From positions 1 to 42,503 of the forward strand of contig CAZGJX010000024.1 of the NCBI GenBank assembly GCA_964525635.1: DNA of 42,503 bases. The letters are read 5' to 3'. This stretch comes from an uncultured archaeon (GTDB lineage: Archaea; Asgardarchaeota; Lokiarchaeia; Sigyniarchaeales; SOKP01). Positions 18,219 through 27,697 of the stretch are shown piece by piece. Made by a program: the position numbers and the translations under genes. Within the stretch, counting starts at the first letter, position 1; every line of letters starts with the position of its first letter. Under the pieces are notes generated by a model. It saw only the letters and a program-made list of their open reading frames with translations, was not told where the DNA came from and searched no databases.

Positions 18219-20153
18219 ATGGAAGAATTTTTACGTAAATTAGGTTTATCTGAGGAATCTATTAAGATATATATAACATCTCTTGGGAAATCTATATTAT
18301 CTTATTATGAGTTAAAATCAATCATGCCTGAATTAAATGAGGAGAACTTTAATGAAAATATAAACAATCTACTTAATTTGGGATTATTAATTCAATCAAA
18401 TCTTGAAAAAGATGTTATTTTAACTGAGTTTCTTGCAATTCCTCCTTATAATCCTATTTTAAATTATTTTAAAAATATTGAAACTAGTTTTTCTGAAATA
18501 AGAAATTCTATTGATGATTTAATAATCAAATCGATAAATGAAACCTTCATAAAGGAATCTAATATCGAATATAAATCTATATCCAAAAAATATGAAGAGA
18601 TTAGGAAGGATTTCATCGAGGATAGTCTTTTACAAAAGAAAGATGCGGAAGATATTTCCAAACAAATGGGTGCTATGAGTAAAGTTGGAGAATTTATATT
18701 GAATATCGATAATATGATGAATACTATTTCAAAAGCTGAGTTTAATAACCTAATTAAAACTTTTAATAAACTTAAAGATGAATTGAAAGAGAAAATAGAA
18801 AGTTTAGAAATAAAAAAAAAAAAACAAGAAATCTTAAATGAAATTATTGAAGAAACGTTTAAAAGCAGATTAAATAGTGTTATTAAAGATTTTTTGGGAA
18901 AAATAATTACCTCAGTTAAAGAAGAAATGAGTAAAATACAACTTCAAAAAAAAATTGAAAATTCAATCAATTCTCAGGATGATTTTAAAATGCTCCTTTT
19001 AAATCTAATTAATAATTTTGAATTAAACATGAAAAAATTAGCAGAACTAATTGACGATAAGGAAAATAGCTTAGAACAGAATATAAATAAATTAAAGAAT
19101 AGATTTATTAGTAAAATATGTACTATTGTTCAAAAATCAATTAAAGAAATTGAAAATTTAAACAAACCTATTATTAATCTCATTTCAGAATCTAAATTAA
19201 TTGCAACTTCTGTTAAAGATCTTAAAAAGAATAATGTATGTCCAATAAATAGTGTAGCAAAAATTAAAAAAGAAATAATTAATGCCATTAAAAACTCAAA
19301 AGAAGAATTAATGATTATCATACCTAAATTAGAAGATTACTTACAATTAGAATATTTCAAAAACATTCCAAAATCCATTAGAATTAGGATAGCATCTTCA
19401 GATCCTCACGTCAACAGTAGGGTTAAAAAATTTAAAGAAATATCAAATTTAGAATTCAAAAATTACGAAAATACTAATTTTATTGGAATTAAATCTGATA
19501 ATAAAGCAATTGGTATAGGAATAATCAAAAGTGATAATCAAGATCCTTTAAATAATGTCATAGGTTTTTTTTCCGAAAATGTAATTTTAAATAATAAATT
19601 AGAATCAGCTTTATATAATATTTGGTCTTCAGCTGAGAATCAAATTGGGAAAGTAATTAAAGAAAAACCTACTTATATATCATCTAAAACAAGTGAAATC
19701 AAAACAATGCCTTCAATAAATAAAAAGAAAGTATCGAAAATTGAATCTCCAATAGTTTCAAAAATACCAGAAATTCCAAAAAAAGTAGGTAAAAAAAATA
19801 AAAAAGTAAGAGCAATTCCTATTCAAGCAATTGAAAATGGAGAATCAGAAAAAGAATTACTAATATTTATTTCAAAAGTCAATCCGAAAGCAGGAGATTC
19901 CGTAGGGATGATTATAAATAATGCTTTTAATACCATAATTCAAAATTTTAATAGTTTTACAGGAGAATTTTTAACACAAGAATTGGAAAAGGTTGCTGAT
20001 ATAATCTTAGAAAGACGTGGATTTTCAGTAACTTTACATGATATTAGAAGATCTATAAATAATTATAAAAATCAAACTACTTTATTGACTATCGAACAAA
20101 AGAATGATATTTTTCATACAATTGAGAATTGGAAACAAAGATTATTTCTATAA
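18219..20153 (+). CDS. TrmB-like protein: N-terminal winged helix, long coiled coil, TrmB effector/PLD-like domain, Lys-rich linker, C-terminal helical domain
   Basis: MEEFLRKLGLSEESIKIYITSL...LLNLGLL...FLAIPP (TrmB HTH). IINAIKNSKEELMIIIP...IRIRI matches the TrmB/PLD-like core. Confidence 0.65.
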   Translation: MEEFLRKLGLSEESIKIYITSLGKSILSYYELKSIMPELNEENFNENINNLLNLGLLIQSNLEKDVILTEFLAIPPYNPILNYFKNIETSFSEIRNSIDDLIIKSINETFIKESNIEYKSISKKYEEIRKDFIEDSLLQKKDAEDISKQMGAMSKVGEFILNIDNMMNTISKAEFNNLIKTFNKLKDELKEKIESLEIKKKKQEILNEIIEETFKSRLNSVIKDFLGKIITSVKEEMSKIQLQKKIENSINSQDDFKMLLLNLINNFELNMKKLAELIDDKENSLEQNINKLKNRFISKICTIVQKSIKEIENLNKPIINLISESKLIATSVKDLKKNNVCPINSVAKIKKEIINAIKNSKEELMIIIPKLEDYLQLEYFKNIPKSIRIRIASSDPHVNSRVKKFKEISNLEFKNYENTNFIGIKSDNKAIGIGIIKSDNQDPLNNVIGFFSENVILNNKLESALYNIWSSAENQIGKVIKEKPTYISSKTSEIKTMPSINKKKVSKIESPIVSKIPEIPKKVGKKNKKVRAIPIQAIENGESEKELLIFISKVNPKAGDSVGMIINNAFNTIIQNFNSFTGEFLTQELEKVADIILERRGFSVTLHDIRRSINNYKNQTTLLTIEQKNDIFHTIENWKQRLFL

Positions 20154-20258
20154 ATTAAACTTTCTTTTTACTCTAAATTTTTGAACCATAATTTAAATAA
20201 TAAAAAAATAAAAAAATAGATGATTCCAAATTATCTAAAAAATTGAGTTTCTTTATAT

Positions 20259-21041
20259 TTAAGAATCTTTTCTAGTTATTGTTTTGATAAAAGTAATGAT
20301 AATAAAGATAAGTTCTATTAAAATAAATATAAAAAAAACTAAACTGACGATCACTGCAATAATAAATGTTGGATTGAGGATTCCGATTATCCCGAAGATG
20401 GGACAAAGAGGTGCGAATATTATAAAGTAGATATAAACATTTCTATCTTTTTCACTAAATTTAATATGAATAGTGGTATTAGCCCACCCTAAGAAAATCA
20501 TAATCATAGGAATTGCATAATATGTGAAAGGAGGGAAGGGTGTAAGATATGCTTGAGTGTTGCCTCCTGCTTCTGCTATCGCGAAAAAATAATTAGCATA
20601 AAAATAATTAATTAGAAACAAAGCACTCAAAGGAGTAGGAACTCCCGTATATCCAGGAGCATCAGATATATTAAACCTAGCTAATCTTAATATGGCACAT
20701 AGTGCAAAAATAATGCAGGCAATAAAAAGGAAGTAATCATATGGATCTAATAAAAAACTTCTTTTAAATGCTTGAAATATAAAAACTGCTGGGGCAATTC
20801 CAAAAGTTAAAGAATCATTAAGAGAGTCTAATTGTTTTCCTATTTCATTTACAGTACCTGTTTTTCGAGCTATATATCCATCTATTAAATCCGTTCCAAT
20901 TGTAAAAGCTAATAAGAAGAAAGCTAGAGATATATAACCGCGTCCGCCAAATGTAGCAATAAGAAGTGCTATTAGTCCAAGAGTAGTACCTGTTAAAGTT
21001 ATATAATCTTTTAATTTTAGGAGATTAACAATTTTTGACAT
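20259..21041 (-). CDS. pssA: CDP-alcohol phosphatidyltransferase (archaetidylserine/phosphatidylserine synthase)
   Basis: DLIDGYIARK-x6-GKQLDSLNDSLTFGIAPA signature; LRLARFN and YTGVPTP motifs. Confidence 0.85.
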   Translation of the reverse strand: MSKIVNLLKLKDYITLTGTTLGLIALLIATFGGRGYISLAFFLLAFTIGTDLIDGYIARKTGTVNEIGKQLDSLNDSLTFGIAPAVFIFQAFKRSFLLDPYDYFLFIACIIFALCAILRLARFNISDAPGYTGVPTPLSALFLINYFYANYFFAIAEAGGNTQAYLTPFPPFTYYAIPMIMIFLGWANTTIHIKFSEKDRNVYIYFIIFAPLCPIFGIIGILNPTFIIAVIVSLVFFIFILIELIFIIITFIKTITRKDS

Positions 21042-21070
21042 TATATATTTTATTAACCAACATGATAATT

Positions 21071-21090
21071 AAAGGTTTCTTCAAACCTTT
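21071..21090. promoter_or_regulatory. Perfect inverted repeat AAAGGTTT-cttc-AAACCTTT 30 bp upstream of pssA
   Basis: 8-bp arms with a 4-nt spacer in the divergent pssA/gelsolin intergenic region. Confidence 0.35.
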
Positions 21091-21354
21091 CTAAAAACCA
21101 TTAAACATATCTTTTGAGTTTAAAATATGTTCTTACTTTGAAAATACTATTACGAAATATGAATCCATATATTTAATGATATTTTATAAATTATATCTAT
21201 GGGTAATGTTTTTTAAAATTCAATTTAAAAAAAAAAAAAATTTTTACCTAATCGATTAAATATATAATATTTGAGTTACCAAGATTTTTATTTATTTAGT
21301 TTTATATTTGGTTAAAGAAGATTTATTTATTAAAAAAACATTTTTTTTTCAAAA

Positions 21355-22536
21355 ATGACTGATTATGATTATTTCATGGTTTATGAGCTTTTGAACACTG
21401 GAGAAGAACAAAGAATTGAAGCAGAAGAAAATAACCTACAAGAAATTTTACATCCTGACCAAGTATTTGTAATTGTCAAGGAAGATGCGAGGAGAATCTA
21501 CATTTGGAAAGGCGCTAAATCACCCGTTCGAAAAAGATTTATCAGTTCGAGAGTTGCGAGTAAGCTTCAGGAGGAATTAATCAAACAAGCAGCATTCCAT
21601 CGTTGTAAAATCGTTTCCGTTGATCAAGGAGATGAACCAATAGATTTTTTAAAAACTTTCAATTTAGAATCAATGGAAGTTTCAGAGAAGTTAGAAGATA
21701 TGCGTTATGTTAGGAATATTGAAAAAGATCTCACAAAAATAAGAGGAAAAGTTGTTGATGCTAATGATACTGAAAAAAAGGAGGAAGAAGAATATTATTC
21801 TCCAGCATTAGAGGAATTAAAATCGAAGGGTGTTAATATTCCATCAAGTGGAATTGTATCATCAAAATCATCAACTCCTATATCAAAATTTACAAAATTA
21901 GATACTAAATCCATAATAAATAAAATTCTGACTAATGAACCTCCAAATGAATGTATAAGACAAAATTTGATTATTGGAAAGAGTCTATATGGTGCTGTTT
22001 CTAAGGTAACAAATGTTTTTGGAGAAGATATAGAAGAAAAAGAATGGGAAATAGTTGGAAAACTTCCTAAAGGAATTTTTATCTTAGATAATTATCTTTT
22101 TAGAGTTTATTTTAATAAAAATAAAGAAATAGTTGAGGCTATAGAAATCATAAAACCTAAAGTTGGGAATGCAACTATGGATAAAAGTTCAATAACGCTT
22201 CCTGATAATAATTCTTCAATAGAGAAGAAAGTACTAGAATTAGAGTTACCTAAAAATCATAAGAGAGAAAATTTAATTATTGGTCATAATCTATATGGAG
22301 CAATATCAAAAAAGATAGAGATTTTTGGAGAAGAACAAGAAGAAGAAGAATGGTCGTTGGTAAAAAAGTTTCCTAAAGATATGATTTCTCTTAATTCACA
22401 TTTGTTTAGAATTTATTTTAATGATAAAAAGGAATCTATAGATGCTGTCGAGATATTAAAAAAAGGAATGGCAGATGATCCTAAATCTACTACTTCCAGA
22501 AGAACTCTACCAAAAATACCAAGTAATAACGATTAA
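21355..22536 (+). CDS. Gelsolin-domain protein with two copies of an ~80 aa accessory domain
   Basis: Gelsolin fold motifs LHPDQVFVIV..RIYIWKGAKS..KRFISSRVA..VDQGDEP..F. Two repeats sharing R[QE]NLIIG..LYGA.SK....FGE..EE.EW..V...PK....L...LFR.YFN. Confidence 0.85.
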   Translation: MTDYDYFMVYELLNTGEEQRIEAEENNLQEILHPDQVFVIVKEDARRIYIWKGAKSPVRKRFISSRVASKLQEELIKQAAFHRCKIVSVDQGDEPIDFLKTFNLESMEVSEKLEDMRYVRNIEKDLTKIRGKVVDANDTEKKEEEEYYSPALEELKSKGVNIPSSGIVSSKSSTPISKFTKLDTKSIINKILTNEPPNECIRQNLIIGKSLYGAVSKVTNVFGEDIEEKEWEIVGKLPKGIFILDNYLFRVYFNKNKEIVEAIEIIKPKVGNATMDKSSITLPDNNSSIEKKVLELELPKNHKRENLIIGHNLYGAISKKIEIFGEEQEEEEWSLVKKFPKDMISLNSHLFRIYFNDKKESIDAVEILKKGMADDPKSTTSRRTLPKIPSNND

Positions 22537-22681
22537 AGTCAATACATTCCTTATAATATTTATTTTTTCTATAAATATTTATCAAAATATTAAAAAAAAA
22601 AAGATATTATTTTTTTTTGCTAATTTTTTTTATTTACCGTTAAAAGTTAAATTGTACATATAATTAATGTCATATCAACCA

Positions 22682-22810
22682 TTATTTTTTTAAATATAAT
22701 GGTTTTTCTTGATGAGTAATAAGTTCAAGACCGCAATCTTCTTCTTTTGCATAATTTTTATTTTTAATTAATTCAATATCCTCAATATTCCAATACCCAA
22801 CGTGACACAT
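22682..22810 (-). CDS. Unannotated 42-aa small protein (MCHVGYWNIEDIELIKNKNYAKEEDCGLELITHQEKPLYLKK)
   Basis: ATG preceded by strong SD-like AGAGGAGTG at about 10 nt; below the ORF-track length cutoff; occupies an otherwise empty intergenic gap. Confidence 0.55.
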   Translation of the reverse strand: MCHVGYWNIEDIELIKNKNYAKEEDCGLELITHQEKPLYLKK

Positions 22811-23014
22811 AGATTAAAACACTCCTCTTGTTTTATGATAAAATATATTTTTCATATTTTTAACAATATATTTAATATGTTTATCTTAATTCGAATATTT
22901 AAATGTAATTAAAATTCTACTCTTTTTTTAATAAAAAACCATTTGTATAAATCAATATTTTATAAAATCATATACAAAAACTTTAATCAATAGTTATCAA
23001 TAAATTATGTAATC

Positions 23015-23347
23015 ATGCCTAAAGAAGTAAATTTTGAAAAATTAAAACTTTCTGAAGAATTTCTTTCTTCAATTGAAGGAAATCAAAAATTACATGATAA
23101 TTATTTAAAAGCTATAAATAATCCATTTCGCAGAGAGATTTTAAAAATAATAAATAAAGAAGGAAAACTTTCACAACAAAATATCTTTGAAATACTTACC
23201 AATCAAAATGTTAAATACGATTTAAGTATTTTAAAGTATAATTTGGATTATCTCGTTAAAGCCTTTTGTATAGAAGCAATTAATATTGATAATAAAATAT
23301 ATTATCAAATTACTCAAAGTGGAAAAATAATAGAATTTTTAGAATAG
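23015..23347 (+). CDS. ArsR-like winged-helix transcriptional regulator
   Basis: LKAINNPFRREILKII...LKYNLDYL...YYQITQSGK. Confidence 0.8.
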   Translation: MPKEVNFEKLKLSEEFLSSIEGNQKLHDNYLKAINNPFRREILKIINKEGKLSQQNIFEILTNQNVKYDLSILKYNLDYLVKAFCIEAINIDNKIYYQITQSGKIIEFLE

Positions 23348-23368
23348 AAATTTGGTTTAATTAATAAT

Positions 23369-23836
23369 TCATTCAAAAAACTCTTTATAACAAGAACAAC
23401 AAGGAATTCCAAAAATAATCTTAAATTTTTTCATATTTCTATTTTTGGTATGCATAAGATTAATTAAAGATTTTTTCAAATTTATTAGTTTATTGTCAAA
23501 GTACATATGTTTTAAATTATAATAATGATTAAAATTACCACAGACAGGACAAGAAGAGAAATATTTAATAAATTCATTATATTTCTTTTTTTCTTTTTTA
23601 GATAATTGTTTTATTTTTCTATCAGGATTGTTTAAAATTAAATATTTCAGATGATCCAATTCAGAAAGCATTTCATCTCTTAATTGATTATTATTAAATA
23701 TCTCCCATGGTTTTCTATTATTATCCTCAAATGAATTAATTTGGCTAAGATTATCAAATTTATTTATATATTCAACAGCTTCATTAAAAAAAATTAATTT
23801 AGAGTCTTTCTTAGTATTTATCAAATTTTCTTTCAT
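23369..23836 (-). CDS. Hypothetical Zn-binding protein
   Basis: FSSCPVCG..NH and GIPCCSCY motifs; GTG-ATG start. Confidence 0.65.
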   Translation of the reverse strand: MKENLINTKKDSKLIFFNEAVEYINKFDNLSQINSFEDNNRKPWEIFNNNQLRDEMLSELDHLKYLILNNPDRKIKQLSKKEKKKYNEFIKYFSSCPVCGNFNHYYNLKHMYFDNKLINLKKSLINLMHTKNRNMKKFKIIFGIPCCSCYKEFFE

Positions 23837-24045
23837 CACATATTATATTTTATTTTATTTTTTTTTATAATTTTGTATAGTTCTAGGTAAAAAATTCATT
23901 CATTCACTAATTATTTTTTACAGAATTTTTTCTTATATATCCTATTCATATTGTAATAATTTGAATAAAGCTATTTAAGAGAATCATATTGTTTGAAACT
24001 AAAAAATATTTGTTTGTGAGCTAAAAAGAAAAAACCTAATATAAA

Positions 24046-26433
24046 TTAAATTTCATCGAGCTTCGCTTTTTTCATTTCTGGTTTCTTCGTAATTGGTTTT
24101 GTATATTCTCCCACTTTAAGAGGACCTAATTTTTCCAACCTACTTGTAAAATCTTCAATTATTTTGCCATATTTTTCTCCCTCACCAGCAGCTATACTCT
24201 CAATTCTAAAACGTTTTTCATTGATTCCTGAATTTATTAGCATTTCTTTAACACTCTTATATCGCGTCTTTGCTTTGATAAAGCCTTTATCATAATGGCA
24301 GTCTACTTCATAACATCCAGCTAATAATACTCCATCAGCTCCATGAAAGAATGATTCAAACACTAAAGCAGGATCTAACATAGCTGTACACATAACCCTT
24401 ATTGTCCTAACATTTGAGGGATAATTGATTTTACTTGTACCTGCAAGATCTGCTCCCGCATATGAACACCAATTGCACAAAAATGCTATTATTAAAGGAT
24501 ATTCTCTTTTATTATCAAGGGTAGCTTTTATCTGCGCAAAGATCTGGTCTTTTGTGAATCCTGGAATATACAAGCAATTTTGGGGACACATAGCCGCACA
24601 AGCACCACATCCTGTACAATTCACCTGAGTGATATTTAATTTTGAATCTTTAATATTTAAAGCGTTAAAATCGCAAATATATTCACATAATCGACATAAA
24701 TCACATTTTTCAGGATCAAAACAGATTGTATAAGGATCTAATTCAACTTTACCTTTTGCGAATAAGGAAATTGCTTTAGCGGCTGCACTTTCCGCTTGTA
24801 TTATACTTGCTGCTATATCTTTTGGACCTTGTATTGCTCCTGCTATAAAAATTCCATTTATAGAAGATTCTGAAGATCTTAACTTTAAATGTTTTTCTAG
24901 CAAGAAACCATATGTATCTTGTGAAATATTAAGAATCTGACTTAATTCATCTGTTCCTTCAGCAGGTTCAATTCCTATTGCTAATACTACTAATTCTGTT
25001 TTGTTTTCAAATAAAAGATCTTCACTCACACTTTCTCCCCTTACAATTAATTCATTAGATGTATCACTTTTCACTATTGCTGATATGTTACTTTTAATAA
25101 ATCTAATTCCAAAATCATCTCTTGCCCTATTATAAAATTCCTCACAATTCTTCCCTACAGCTCTGATATCAATATAGTAGATATTTACATTAATATCAGG
25201 AATTGCCTTTTTTAATAAAATTGCTTGTTTAATCGCAGCATTACAACATACTTGGCTACAATAATCATGATGTATTTTTTTATTTCTTGAACCAACACAT
25301 AATACAAAAGAAACCCTTTTTGGAGGCTTTCCCGTGGATGGTCGTATGACCCTACCATTTGTAGGACCATCACCATTAAGTAACCTTTCTAATTGAAGTG
25401 TTGTGATTACATCTTGATATCTTTTATAATTTAACTCTGATAATATAGTAGGATCAAAGGGTTTTAAACCTGTGGCAACTATTATCGAGCCAACAGTTAT
25501 TTTTTTTGTCTCATCTTGTTGTTCAAAATTTATAGCTTGTTTTTCGCATGCTAACACACAAGCTTTGCATCCAATGCAGGCTTCTTTTAAAATATTGGGA
25601 AATAAAGGAATAGCTTGTGGAAAGGGGACATCTACTGCTTTTCTTGGAAAAAATGTATCTTCTATTTCTATTGGACAAACATCTCTACATATATCAAAAC
25701 AATGGATACATTCTTCCTCATTGATAAAGCGTGGTTTCTTTAAAATTGTTATTTTGAAATTTCCAATATTTCCATTAACTTTTTTAACCTCAGAAAGAGT
25801 AAAAAGTTCAATATTAGGATGATCATCTATTTCTGTCATCAAAGGACCTAGCACACATATGGAGCAATCCAGAGTTGGAAATGTTTTATCAAATAAAGCC
25901 ATATATCCACCTATAGTTGATTTTTTTTCAACTATATATACCTTATAACCTGCATTTGCAATTACAAGGGCAGCTTTAATTCCGGCAATACCTCCTCCAA
26001 TGATTAAAGTACTTGGTATAATTTCCGTGTACTGTACTTCTAAAGGTTCTAATAGTTTAACTCTTTCTAAAGCCATTTGAATTTGATCAATTGCTTTTTT
26101 TGTAGCTTTAATTGGCTGTTCTGTATGCACCCACGAGTTTTGTTCTCTAATATTAGCAAAAGATATTAAGAATTTGTTTATACCTGCTTTTTCTATAGTT
26201 TTTTGGAATAAAGAACCATGTAACTTAAAAGAACATGCCGCAATTACAACCCTATCTATTTTTTTTTTCTTAATTTCCTTTATTATTATATTTAATCCCG
26301 TCTCTGAACATAAATATTGGTCTTCAAACACAAAAACATCAGAAAATCCCAAAAAATGTTCTAAAACTTTATTAATATCTATTGTTCCACTAATATTTCT
26401 TCCACAACCACAGACGAAAAGACCAATTTTCAA
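24046..26433 (-). CDS. hdrA: Heterodisulfide reductase subunit A fused to MvhD (HdrA-MvhD)
   Basis: VCGCG, GGGIAG FAD site, DKTFPTLDCSIC, CVGSR..CSQVCC, four ferredoxin Cys clusters. C-terminal MvhD motifs FLCNWCSYAGAD, IRVMC, GC...DCHY. Confidence 0.92.
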   Translation of the reverse strand: MKIGLFVCGCGRNISGTIDINKVLEHFLGFSDVFVFEDQYLCSETGLNIIIKEIKKKKIDRVVIAACSFKLHGSLFQKTIEKAGINKFLISFANIREQNSWVHTEQPIKATKKAIDQIQMALERVKLLEPLEVQYTEIIPSTLIIGGGIAGIKAALVIANAGYKVYIVEKKSTIGGYMALFDKTFPTLDCSICVLGPLMTEIDDHPNIELFTLSEVKKVNGNIGNFKITILKKPRFINEEECIHCFDICRDVCPIEIEDTFFPRKAVDVPFPQAIPLFPNILKEACIGCKACVLACEKQAINFEQQDETKKITVGSIIVATGLKPFDPTILSELNYKRYQDVITTLQLERLLNGDGPTNGRVIRPSTGKPPKRVSFVLCVGSRNKKIHHDYCSQVCCNAAIKQAILLKKAIPDINVNIYYIDIRAVGKNCEEFYNRARDDFGIRFIKSNISAIVKSDTSNELIVRGESVSEDLLFENKTELVVLAIGIEPAEGTDELSQILNISQDTYGFLLEKHLKLRSSESSINGIFIAGAIQGPKDIAASIIQAESAAAKAISLFAKGKVELDPYTICFDPEKCDLCRLCEYICDFNALNIKDSKLNITQVNCTGCGACAAMCPQNCLYIPGFTKDQIFAQIKATLDNKREYPLIIAFLCNWCSYAGADLAGTSKINYPSNVRTIRVMCTAMLDPALVFESFFHGADGVLLAGCYEVDCHYDKGFIKAKTRYKSVKEMLINSGINEKRFRIESIAAGEGEKYGKIIEDFTSRLEKLGPLKVGEYTKPITKKPEMKKAKLDEI

Positions 26434-26693
26434 TATTAATCCTCTAAATTGAAAAAAATTACAAAATCAATGAATATTATTATTAAATTTAATCTAATTT
26501 TTATAAATAATTAATAAAATATATTTTCAGGTATACTTATCTGAATTATTAATATTAAATTCAAGGTTTTAAAGAAAACTTGGATTAATAATTCTTTGTC
26601 TTGCATTTACTAATCTATTTAAGAATTGAGTGTAGGAAAAAAAGAATTCTTTCTTTTAGTAATGAAATGATACGTTTTTTTTAATAATGTGTT

Positions 26694-27305
26694 TTAAGGT
26701 CTCTTTATATCTTTTGGTAACCATTTATAGACTTTAAAAATATTAAAATCATTTTCTCTCATTTTTAAAAAGAATTCTTTTTCAATTTCATATTCATTTT
26801 TTGCCCATTCTATTACTTCTTTAGAAGTGTAATATTGACCTTTATTTTCTATAGAATTTCTTAGCGCAGGACAATTTTTAGAATATTTTCTGAAATTTCT
26901 CTCATTATTAATTAACATATTCCAACCAACTGGATATGCTCGACATTGAAATGGACGATCATTGTGAACAGTACAAAGATTATTACTATCTATAAATGCG
27001 CAATGTTCATCACTTCCCTTGAATTTAAAACCTAAAGCATTAAATGAGTAATTTTTACCCCTTGCTTCTCCAGGGTCCTTCCAATAAAAGCTTGTGTTTA
27101 TTATTTTAACATATTTTTTTGAAAAAGACTTAAATGTATATTTTTCTCCTTTTTTATTTAGACAGTTTATTAATCTTTCTATATCTTCCTCATATAGATA
27201 TACTTCTCCATTATTATAACCCTTACAACATTCTCCGCACATTTCACATGAGAAATTTATTCCATCTTTAAAAAATTTCGAAAGTTTATTTTCTGCAGAA
27301 GTCAA
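26694..27305 (-). CDS. YkgJ/CxxCxxCC Fe-S or Zn cluster protein
   Basis: FSCEMCGECC ... CAFI...CTVHNDRPFQCRAYP...CP. Confidence 0.85.
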   Translation of the reverse strand: MTSAENKLSKFFKDGINFSCEMCGECCKGYNNGEVYLYEEDIERLINCLNKKGEKYTFKSFSKKYVKIINTSFYWKDPGEARGKNYSFNALGFKFKGSDEHCAFIDSNNLCTVHNDRPFQCRAYPVGWNMLINNERNFRKYSKNCPALRNSIENKGQYYTSKEVIEWAKNEYEIEKEFFLKMRENDFNIFKVYKWLPKDIKRP

Positions 27306-27697
27306 TATTACTATTAAAATCTTTTTTACAAACTTAATGGATTCAGTATTTTTATTTTTTTCTTAATGCAAAATCTTAAGAATATCAGTAAAAATTAAAA
27401 TTCTGGATATTAATAAATTAATTTGTTTATAATTGATTATATAAAGGTAATTTTTTAACCCCTTGTTCATGGAAGTCTCCTATTCCTATTATAAATAGGA
27501 TTTTTTAATTTTTTTTTTCATATGTGAATTATTTTTTTACAAATTAATAGATCTCCTCAAATCAATACCGTTCCAAATCATTTAAATTAAAGATTAAATA
27601 AGGATTCTCTTTAAAAAATTCCATAATTTTTTATTTTATTTTTTAATTATTAATTATTAACTAAATTTTAAGATACCACCTAAAGGATTTTTAAATT

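Noticed and set aside
24046-26600. Selenocysteine recoding/SECIS for hdrA-mvhD
   Set aside because: No in-frame TGA, Cys at the relevant sites, and the nearby hairpin lacks SECIS core motifs.
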